This document shows, piece by piece, positions 27,301-39,300 of a DNA stretch of 64,000 nt. Source of the DNA: Glycera tridactyla (lineage: Eukaryota); assembly GCA_965644265.1 (NCBI GenBank), contig OZ286459.1, positions 90,706,001-90,770,000 on the forward strand. Reading direction: 5' to 3'. How positions within the stretch are numbered: position 1 is the first letter of the stretch; every line of letters starts with the position of its first letter. The position numbers were made by a program, and so were the translations under genes. The notes below the pieces were generated by a model. That model searched no databases. It was not told where the DNA came from and saw only the letters and a program-made list of their open reading frames with translations.

Positions 27301-30300
27301 GAATCAGGTCTCTTTCATAGTCTGGCAAATACTGAAATGACTTGTGGTCTCTGCATCCACACGATTGTGAATATACAGATGAATGATATAATTAGACACT
27401 GCATGACAGCACATATTGAAGGATAAGTCGTTTGCATGTCAACCGACATTGATGATAGTGTCTGTCATTCTTAGTTTTTGTCATTACAGATGTTGGAGAT
27501 ACACTGAGAGTCTGTTCCTGTTCGAGTGCTCCAACGTCACAGTAAAATAAAATCTTACATGCAATAGGTATGATTCAGCATATGGAGGATCATCAGCAGT
27601 ATCACTTTCACTAATGCCACATTAGGAGCCTAAGAAAGGCAATCGATGGTAAGGATACTATAATACAAGTATGGTAGACGGCTTCTTGTCTCTGATGCAA
27701 TCAGTCAAATGTGAAAACATTTCTGTCTAATTACCTGTCACAGTCGTTTCTGTGTTTGGTTCACCTGGGAAATGAAATCAGTTGACAGAATTATGATAGC
27801 GAATGATCAACAAATGGATATCCCATGTGACAAATGCCCAAGATCTTTGTATCTTGACTTATCATGAAATGAAACAACATATGTTTGTATGTGCAGAAAT
27901 CTCTGTTCAGCATATGGAGTGCAGTCGGCAGCGTCATCTTTACTATTGCTACAGTAAGAGTCACGGAAAGGCAACTAATAGGGAGTAGAGTGTAATGCAA
28001 GTATGGTAGATAGCTGCTCGTCATTGATGCAATCAGTCAAATTTAAAAGAGTGTCTGTCTAATTACCTGTCACAGTCGTTTCCGTGTTTGGTTCATCTGT
28101 AAAATGAAATCAGTTGACAGATATATTGTACCAAAAGATCGATAAATGGATATTTTATGTAATTATTGCCCTGAGATCATCATATCTAGATCTATGATGG
28201 AAAAATACATCCACTTTGGTAACTCCAACATACGTTTGTTTTTGCAGAAACCTTCGTTCAGCATATGGAGTACCATCGGCAGTGTCACACTTTACTAATG
28301 CTAACGTTTGTAACTCCAACACATGTTTGTATGTGTAGAAACTTTTCACCAACGTCACCTTCACTAATGCTACACTGGATGCCACTGAAAGTCATCCGAT
28401 AGTAAGTGTATTACTTGTCATTGGTGCAATCAATAAAGTATGAAAGAGTTTCTGTCTCATTACCTGTCACAGTCGTCTCCGTGTTCAGTTCATCTGTATA
28501 ATAAAATCAGTTGACAGATATATAGTACTGAAAGATCAACATATCAATATCTCATGTGACTTTGTATCCAGACCTATGATCGAAAACTACATCGACGTTT
28601 CTTTCACAAAATACATGAGCCATCGCATTTGTACCAAAAGTTCTAGCACGTGATGCTATTTTCCCACATAGTGTATTTGTTTAACTTGTTAATGTTATGA
28701 GTATGGTAGGTTGAAGGTCCGAGCCATTATGTAGGTCTGTTGAATATTAGGTTTTTCTCCAGTTTATCACCTGTCACAGTCGTTTCGTGTTCATTTTGTC
28801 TGTGAAGAAATGATGATATATATATATCAACAGAATTATATAAATTGATAATTCTTGTGAACATTGCATCACAATCATTGTGTCTGGATTCATGATAGGT
28901 ATACTATGATGCAAGTATGGTAGATAGCTGCTTGTCATTGATGCTATCAGTCAAATGTGAGAGAGTTTCTGTCTAATTACCTGTCATCGTCATACTCGTT
29001 TCAGTGTTTGGTCCATCTGTAAAATGAAATCAGTTGACAGATATATAGTACTGAAAGATCAACATATAGATAATTCATGTGACTAATGAACAAAGATTTT
29101 CGTATCCAGACCTATGATCGAAAACTACATCGACGTTTCTTTCACTAAATACATGAGCCATTGCATTTGTACCAAAAGTTCTAGCACGTGATGCTATTTT
29201 CCCACATAGTGTATATGTTTAACTTGTTAATGTTACAAGTATGGTAGGTTGAAGGTCCGAGCCATTATGTAGGTCTGTTGAATATTAGGTTTTTCTCCAG
29301 TTTATCACCTGTCACAGTCGTTTCGTGTACATTTTGTCTGTAAAAAAATGATAATATATATATATCAACAAAATTATACAAATTGACAATTCTTGTGAAC
29401 ATTGCATCACAATCATTGTATCTGGATTCATGACAGGTATATTATGATGCAAGTATGGTAGATAGCTGCTTGTCATTGATACTATCAGTCAAATGTGAAA
29501 GAGTTTCTGTCTAATTACCTGTCACCGTCATACTCGTTGCAGTGTTTGGTCCATCTGTAAAATGAAATCAGTTGACAGATATAAAGCACCGGAAGATCAA
29601 CAAATGGATATCCCATGTGACTAATGTCCGAAAACTTTCATATCTACATTTATGATGATGAAATTTAGCAGAATTTCGATTCAGATGTAGTCGTGGATGA
29701 GAACTCTCTTCATCCAGCATGCATATCCAGTCCAGACAAATAACATCTTTCCTATCTCATTAAAGTTTGGGTGCCCTGAAAATACACCTGCTAATCTATG
29801 CAATGAACAATAAGAAAAAAAGGAATGAGAAATTCATTTCCCTCATAAAACACATGGGCGATTGCTATTGAATGAGCAGTCCAATCATTTATGCCATTCT
29901 TCTACACTAAAAGCCATGGAAAGGCAACCAATAATATGTACATTATAATGCAAGTATGTTGGATATCTGGTTTTTATTGATGCAATCAGTCAAATGTGAA
30001 AGAATTTAGGTTCCCTGTAAATGTACCTGTAATCCATGCCGATTCGACCCGAAAGAAGCAATGAGAAAGACATTTCCTTCACAAAATACATGAGCCATTG
30101 CTTTTGTGCCAACAGTTTCAGCACGTAATGCCATTTTCCCCACATAGTGTATTGGTTTAGCTGTTTATTTCTACAAGTATGGTGGGTTTAAGTTTCGGGC
30201 CATTATGTCTGTCTGCCAAATATAAGATTTCTTCAGTCTATTACCTGTGACAGTCGTTTCTGTGTTCATTTCGTCTGTGAAGAAAAGAAAATGTATACCA

Positions 30301-33300
30301 AAAGAACATTGCATCACAATTATTGTATCTGGATTCATGACAGGAATCACACAATACCGGTCAATAAACCACCTATGTGAGTGTAGAGGTGCAGATCTTG
30401 TGTATTGTCATTTTCAGTGTCACTCCAAAACACTTGACTAACTAGGATTCGTCATACCTTTAGTTTAAAACTGCATGATGAATTGGGTCCCTGTCCTAGT
30501 CTACCAAATACTGAAATGACTTGTGGTCTCTGCATCCACACGATTGTGAATATACAGATGAATGATATAATTAGACATTGTATGACAGCACATATTGAAG
30601 GATATGTCGTTTGCATGTCAACCAACATTGATGATAGTGTCTGTAAATCTTAGTTTTTGGGATCTCCGCCTTCGGCTGGGATTTCTATGCTATCACCTCT
30701 TTGCTCGACCTACATACTATCTTCGCCAATTCTGTCTATCGAGGCTGATACAATCATATGAATCTTTATCAGAGCTGTGTAAAAGGTGCAAATGATCTAA
30801 TCTAACACAATTTCAAGATGATTTTTTGATCTGATGAACGGCAATTTGAAGAAATGTAGTGATTAGGTAACCGTAATTCGTTTTTGTGGCCAATTACCGC
30901 AGCACACAGATCTCGACAGCATGGATGAGGATGTGCTGCACACAAATATCAAGTGTGTGCAAGGCAGCATATTGCTCCCTCTCACTCTCTCTCTCTCTCA
31001 GAGATCACTCGGCGCATGTTGGTGCTCTTGTTTGTCATTACTGGTGTTGGAAGAAAAATGAGAGTCTGTTTCTTTTCGAGTGCTCCAACGTAACAGTATG
31101 GAGTGTCATCAGCAGTATCACTTTCACTAATGCCACACTAAGAGCCTCAGAACGGCAATCGATGGTGAGGATACTATGATACGAGTATGGTAGACAGCTG
31201 CTTGTCATCGATGCAATCAGTCAAGTGTGAAGGAGTTTCTGTCTAATCAACTGTCACAGTCGTTTCTGTGTTTGGTTCATCTGTGAAATGACACCAGTTG
31301 ACAGAATTATGATAGTGAATGATCATAAATGGATATACCATGTGGCAAATGCCCGAAGATTCTCGTATCTAGACCTATCATGAAATGAAACAACATATGT
31401 TTGTATGTGCAGAAATCTTTGTTCAGCATATGGAGTGCAGTCGGCAGCGTCACCTTTACTATTGCTACACTAAGAGTCACGGAAAGGCAACTAATAGGGA
31501 GTAGAGTGTAATGCAAGTATGGTAGATAGCTGCTCGTCATTGATGCAATCAGTCAAATTTAAAAGAGTGTCTGTCTAATTACCTGTCACAGTCATTTCCG
31601 TGTTTGGTTCATCTGTAAAATGAAATCAGTTGACAGATATATTGTACCAAAAGATCGATAAATGGATATTTTATGTAATTATTGCCCTGAGATCATCATA
31701 TCTAGATCTATGATGGAAAAATACATCCACTTTGGTAAGTCCAACATACGTTTGTTTTTGCAGAAACCTTCGTTCAGCATATGGAGTACCATCAGCAGTG
31801 TCACACTTTACTAATGCTAACGTTTGTAACTCCAACATATGTTTGTATGTGTAGAAACTTTTCACCAACGTCACCTTTACTAATGCTACACTGGATGCCA
31901 CTGAAAGTCATCCGATAGTAAGTGTATTACTTGTCATTGGTGCAATCAATAAAGTATGAAAGAGTTTCTGTCTCATTACCTGTCACAGTCGTCTCCGTGT
32001 TCGGTTCATCTGTAAAATGAAATCAGTTGACAGATATATAGTACTGAAAGATCAACATATCAATATCTCATGTGACTTTGTATCCAGACCTATGATCGAA
32101 AACTACATCGACGTTTCTTTCACAAAATACATGAGCCATTGCATTTGTACCAAAAGTTCTAGCACGTGATGCTATTTTCCCACATAGTGTATTTGTTTAA
32201 CTTGTTAATGTTATGAGTATGGTAGGTTGAAGGTCCGAGCTATTATGTAGGTCTGCTGAATATCAGATTTTTCTCCAGTTTATCACCTGTCACAGTCGTT
32301 TCGTGTTCATTTTGTCTGTGAAGAAATGATAATATATATATCAACGGAATTATATAAATTGATAATTCTTGTGAACATTGCATCACAATCATTGTGTCTG
32401 GATTCATGACAGGTATACTATGACGCAAGTATGGTAGATAGCTGCTTGTCATTGATGCTATCAGTCAAATGTGAGAGAGTTTCTGTCTAATTACCTGTCA
32501 TCGTCATACTCGTTTCAGTGTTTGGTCCATCTGTAAAATGAAATCAGTTGACAGATATATAGTACTGAAAGATCAACATATAAATAATTCATGTGACTAA
32601 TGAACAAAGATTTTCGTATCCAGACCTATGATCGAAAACTACATCGACGTTTCTTTCACTAAATACATGAGCCATTGCATTTGTACCAAAAGTTCTAGCA
32701 TGTGATGCTATTTTCCCACATAGTGTATATGTTTAACTTGTTAATGTTACAAGTATGGTAGGTTGAAGGTCCGAGCCATTATGTAGGTCTGTTGAATATT
32801 AGGTTTTTCTCCAGTTTATCACCTGTCACAGTCGTTTCGTGTACATTTTGTCTGTAAAAAAATGATAATATATATATATCAACAAAATTATACAAATTGA
32901 CAATTCTTGTGAACATTGCATCACAATCATTGTATCTGGATTCATGACAGGTATATTATGATGCAAGTATGGTAGATAGCTGCTTGTCATTGATACTATC
33001 AGTCAAATGTGAAAGAGTTTCTGTCTAATTACCTGTCCCCGTCATACTCGTTGCAGTGTTTGGTCCATCTGTAAAATGAAATCAGTTGACAGATATAAAG
33101 CACCGGAAGATCAACAAATGGATATCCCATGTGACTAATGTCCGAAAACTTTCATATCTACATTTATGATGATGAAATTTAGCAGAATTTCGATTCAGAT
33201 GTAGTCGTGGATGAGAACTCTCTTCATCCAGCATGCATATCCAGTCCAGACAAATAACATCTTTCCTATCTCATTAAAGTTTGGGTGCCCTGAAAATACA

Positions 33301-36300
33301 CCTGCTAATCTATGCAATCAGTTGACAGATATATAGCACTGAAAGATCAACATATCAATATCTTATGTGACTTTGTATCCAGACCTATGATCGAAAACTA
33401 CATCGACGTTTCTTTCACAAAATAAATGAGCCATTGCATTTGTACCAAAAGTCTGTCTAATTACCTGTCACAGTCGTTTCCGTGTTTGGTTCATCTGTAA
33501 AATGAGATCAGTTGACAGACATATAGTACCGATAAGATCGATAAATGGATATTTCATATAATTAATGCCCTGAGATCTTCATATCTAGATCTATGATGAG
33601 AAAATACAACCACGTTTGTGACTCCAACATATGTTTGTATTTGCAGAAACCTTCGTTCAGTATATTGAGTACCATCAGCATTGTCACACTTCACTAATGC
33701 TACACTAAAAGCCACGGAAAGGCATTCAATAGTAAGTAGATTATCATGCAAGTATGGTAGGTAGCTACTTATCATTGAGGCAATCGGTCAAGTGTTAGAG
33801 TTTCTGTCTAATTACCTGTCACAGTCGTGTCCGTGTTTGCTTCATCTGTAAAATGAAATCAGTTGACAGATATGGATTGACTCCAACATATGTTTATATT
33901 TTCGAATACATTCATCATATGAAAAATCAGCTAGAGAAAGTCAGGAGGAGGTTGATAACAGGAAACGTGAATGAGAGATTGCTAGTAGTATGGTAGCATG
34001 AAAAATCAACGATGAACTCATAGATAAAGGGACCTATAAGTTCTCGTCCAGTATGTGTATGGATGTTGACAATCAAATATGTTCCAATAGTTCCAATTCA
34101 GGTGCCTTGAAAATGCAATTGATGTGAGCTAGATGGAAATGCGAGGTTGATAAATCTTCATTATAGTCTGTCAAATATTTGTCATATTACCTGTCAAAGT
34201 CGATTCTGTGTTCAGCTCATCTGTAAGATGGAATAGGATAAAAGTAATGTAGTACAGCGAATTTAGAAATGCGAAAGGGATGGTCCCTCAGATTGAATAT
34301 TTGGATAGCTAGAGGAATAGGATTCATTTAATTGGTTATTGTTACAAGTATGATAGGTTGAAGGTTCAAGCCATTATGTCAGTCTGCTAAATACAAGGGT
34401 TTTTCAGTGTATTACCTGTCACAGTCGTTTCTGTGTTCATTTCGTCTGTGAAAAGAAATATTTCAACAGGAATTATACAGATGGATGAATGTGAATCTGA
34501 TAGCTGAGCCATTGATACCATCTTCCAAATGTTCAAGTGTAGAATCCACAAGATGTCTAGCAGTAGCTCTCACGAATTCTTTATTTCACTCAATTTATCG
34601 GTGTGTACCTCGTACATGTTAATAGCAGACTCTCCATTTTTGAAACATATTGTTGCCATGGATGTTGTCCATAGTTGATATGGAAACTCCAGTCTCAATA
34701 TCAATGATGTAGGAAGTGGTTTTCGAAAGTATGGAATATGTGAAAGTCGCAAATACAAGCTCTCCACAAGGATGCAAGTATGGTAGGTTGACAAGTCGAT
34801 TCACTTCTGCTGTTGCATCACCTGCCATAGTTGCTCCCGAAAAGATAAATCGTATAATATGAAGATAGAAATGTATATCATTTTGTGAATTTCGTTTCTG
34901 TCCTAAGATGGTGACGATATATTAGGTGCGCCCACAATCTCCAGTGTATTCATTGGCTGAAATCTTGTATATAGATCAAATCTTCATGGCTACTCTGTAT
35001 GTAATTTAATTCTTTGGACACAACAATAGGAAGAATATCTATATGCCACACCGTCATATGATAATGCAGGGATGGTGAATAATCTCTTCATACCGAAGGC
35101 ACTGTCACCGTTTCCACATCCTATTCTTGTATATCACTCTTCTTGCCGGATGAAAACAATTAGATCTGAACGCTAAAGATGAACAAAACTGGTTTGAACT
35201 TGGAAAGTATTGATTTCAGTAATCGATGATGAATTAAGATGAGAAGAAAGCAATCCAATTTTATGACCCGATACCAGCCTGCACCACGAGGCTTAAGACA
35301 CTTGGAGATGGTATTGTTTCTATCAGAACTTCTATACCACACCAACTCACATATACATTTGAAACCAGTATCTATTTGATGAAACCTCCCATGAATACTT
35401 GTTTTGAAAAAATATCCCAGCCATAACTCAATCATGCTCAATCATGTGTTAAGGTATGATGGGTAGATGGTTTAAGTCTCCATCGAATTACCTGTCACAG
35501 TCGTCTCCGTACTCATTTCATCTGTAAAAACAAGTTAATAAATTTAGAAATAAGAATCAAATATTGTTACAAATTGGGATTATACTGGTATCTCATGAAG
35601 TATATGACAAAGACTGTGTGTGCACCTGCACCAAGCATGAACCAGCAAGACTGAACATTACTTCAAACACCATTTGTTGTAAGAAGTGACCACCCTGATC
35701 ACATCTCAAAGAGTTTCAGCTAACTACCATTTTGATTGGTTTATGCTGCCATTTAATCGGTTTGACCTGACTTGATTAGAAACGTTATCCCTGGAGGAGA
35801 TACCCCATGTAACCATAATTAATACATGTTTGACATATGCATGCAAATACAGATCTCATCCAAGNNNNNNNNNNNNNNNNNNNNNNNNNNNNNNNNNNNN
35901 NNNNNNNNNNNNNNNNNNNNNNNNNNNNNNNNNNNNNNNNNNNNNNNNNNNNNNNNNNNNNNNNNNNNNNNNNNNNNNNNNNNNNNNNNNNNNNNNNNNN
36001 AGATATACCCAATCGACAGTATGTGATTGCCAGATCGGGCATACATAATCTTCTAAGCTGATACATGCCGTTACACCTCAAACAAACAAACAACCAGATC
36101 GGGCTGCCTTGCGAGAGCACTATTTCCGCTCAACACTACCATCTATAGTGCTACTGGGGCTGATATGAAGAACCAGAGAATTAAAAACACATTTACCTGG
36201 GCAGTCGTCCTTGTAGGTGAGTGAGTACACCACCTCGTAATCTTCATATTCACTCACACTTGCCTCATTGTAAACACATTCAGTTGTCAGGTTATTCACG

Positions 36301-39300
36301 CGAGCAACCTTCAGCTCCAGATCACAACCGGTCATTTTATATAACTGAAATCACAAATACCCATCCTCCATTATCCATTCTCTAGGAATGGGATGACTAA
36401 GGACAAACGCCTCGACACAAGAATGCATCGTCATGACATTGGCAATACAAATAATGGGACAACAAATACCCTGTAAACCTCAATGACCGAAGCAGCAACA
36501 ACAGGAAAGACATTAAAACCATCTCCTCCATATACCAGTAGAATATTTTATTCATACAAGTCACTTACCCCCATATTGTAGGTGTAAGGCTGATGTGTTT
36601 TGTCTTGTTGGGCAATACTCACCACAGCATAATACGTTTCTCTATACTGATCCAGAGCAAGAATGAAGCCATCTCCATCCTGCGCACCACATGCACTCGC
36701 CGGAAACTCAGCAACAAATGTCAAAATCACTGAAATATAGACATCACTCGACATATGTACTTCGAACACTCGACTCAATTTCGCTCATTCTACTCCCTGG
36801 TCTCTACACATGGTCAAATGGTGAATGCTGAATGGATTATCAGCCGTTTCATGTCAAGATGCTCAAGAGTCCTTCAGTACAAGCTACTGGCTAAATTGGA
36901 AAACTCCTGGAAACTGTCTCGTCAAACAAAAAGAAGGCTTATCACCTGAAACACACCGAGTCATGAAATACTCACTCGAAGGTGTATTCCTAGATGAGAC
37001 AGGTGAGAGTGATTCGAGACAGATATCAGCAGCAAACATGCAACATATTTACACATTGATTCCGATCCTGAATTCTGGATGAATACATATCACCTTAATC
37101 ACCCAGCTGAGTGACAGAAGCTCAAACTCAGATCTTTGACCATCCTGTCCGTCGGACAAGCAGCATTTTCATATGATTATTCAAAATCATGGACAGTATG
37201 TGTACTTCTAACCTATGTGCTATATACATTAGGGTAAGTAGAGCATGCATGCCTGATTCAGTCATATGTAGTTCTGCATTGAAATTCGGAAGTCGGGGGA
37301 AAAATCCTATTATCAACTTTCTGTGAGGGATATGATTGAACCTATAGTAATTCCATTATATCAATTAGTTCTTTTCCAAACATGAGATGTTCAGATATTC
37401 AAGAGGGGAATCGAATTCTGCTGAAAGGTTCACCTTTTTTCCGAGCAAATGGCTTGTATAGGTGGCTGATATAAAATATTTGGCGGGGGGCCTGATAGCA
37501 TGTATCATGTGCTGCGGGTTCAATTGGCATTGCGATGTAGCACATTATATCAGGTTGCGCACCTTTCTGCTCCTTGCAATTAAATGACTGTTCAAGGAAA
37601 AAGGGATAGAACAAGAAAAAAATGGATAGATCAAGAGTAAAAGTGAAATACCTTGCATTGGTAACGTCACATCCGTGTTGGCACATGAACCCATGTATAA
37701 GGTGCTGTTCGTCACTGCTGAAAGTGACCAGGATAGACAGGTTGGATCGACAGAGGCATCTGTAGACACATCGTACTGGCCATTCTCGAATGGGAAATAA
37801 TTCAGGTTCACGAAGTCCTCAGGACCTTTGAAATGATGAAAAAGAAGATGTGATCAACAGGAAAGTATATCATCACAATGTACCTAGTATGAATGTACCC
37901 TGTATCAATTCCTAATTAGCATCTATCAATATATATTTGTATGGTTAATACATAAATAGATGAAATCATCAGTTTGTACTGTTGACCTTTTTTTTCAGTC
38001 CTGCTCCTGAGACGTATAACAAACAAGCAAACAATCAACACCTTCTCTGAGCTTTTTCTTTCTGACAGGTGTACCATCGGCATACAGGACAGACCTGATC
38101 ACGATGTTCCTGAAATCCTATGCTTCGGATTTCAGTCCTGGTGTATAAAATATCGAAAGTACATCTCCAGTGGATTTCACACCTGACAATCTCGGTCCAT
38201 GAAATGTGGTAGGTATGTCTCCTATGTGTGGAATGTATGAATCAAATCGATGTATCAAGTGTATTTTTATGGAGGTGACTTTACCTGTTTGCAATGGAGC
38301 TAATCTTGCATTTGCCATCTGCACGCCATCGTAACAAGCCTGGGCATCACTAACACCACCTAAAAGTATCCGCAAATCATTTCACAAGCTCATCATGACA
38401 TATGGTGCAATAGAATGTAATCATAGATAATTTTTGTCAGGATATCAAACGGGAGAATCAAATGATGATGCTGTAACCAAGGTCGAGTGACTTTCTCACC
38501 ACAGTCTTGACAGAAAAACAAGTGCAGTATTCAGTGTGCTTGGAACATAATTATCAGGTGGTAAACGACCCATGTTGGCTTGTTCATTCGCTTTTGGGGA
38601 TGAGAATGAAAATGAACCGAAACAGAGCAGATAATTGAGCATCGTCTGTTGTGATACAGCAAGATGAATGTCAATGCTCTTTGAACACAAGATGATGAGA
38701 AACCTGATAGGTTGTTATGAAGAAGGTAACTAGACTAATGATGGCATAAATCTAACTATGTAATCGCCTGGAAGCTGACACTCAAGCCTTATAGTGATGC
38801 TTTCTCATACATCAAAGCATAACACTTGGAGGTTTTGGAGAATAATTAACCGATTTATTCAATTATGAGCTGTGTGATTCGAACCAGCTTCATAATTATG
38901 GGTGTCCTATGCTTGCATTACGATGCAATCACACAACCTGGTGAACCTCTACACAGCCTTAGTATTGAAGAAATAGTGTGCTTGGTACCTGATATTTGCA
39001 TAGTGACAATATTTGCTACAGGTAAACCGTCAGCCACCTACCCCTGAGACCATTTCGCTGCAGAAAATGAAATAGCTCAGAGGGATAGAACAAAGGTCAG
39101 GTAATACATAGAGAAACTGACGGAGATTTCTGAAATATGTATTCATTCCTCCTCATACAAAAAGGTATTGAGAAGGGATCATGCCATATCTACTGGTGAC
39201 TGAATGACAGAATTCTGATAGTGTGTTTTCATCCAACCCTCAAGTATTGAGAAAATGAAAAAGAAATCTGCTACACATAATTGCAACTCAATGGTAACAC

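Noticed and set aside
23127-33775. Recurring small ORFs such as MTSSYLPYLH... and MASSVALVKV...
   Set aside because: Translations of duplicated intron modules, with inconsistent stops and frames between copies.
22593-35521. CRISPR-like recurrence of a ~35-50-nt conserved repeat
   Set aside because: Eukaryotic context. Intervals are 200-2000 bp and homologous to one another. The repeat is bounded by AG/GT splice signals and there are no cas genes.
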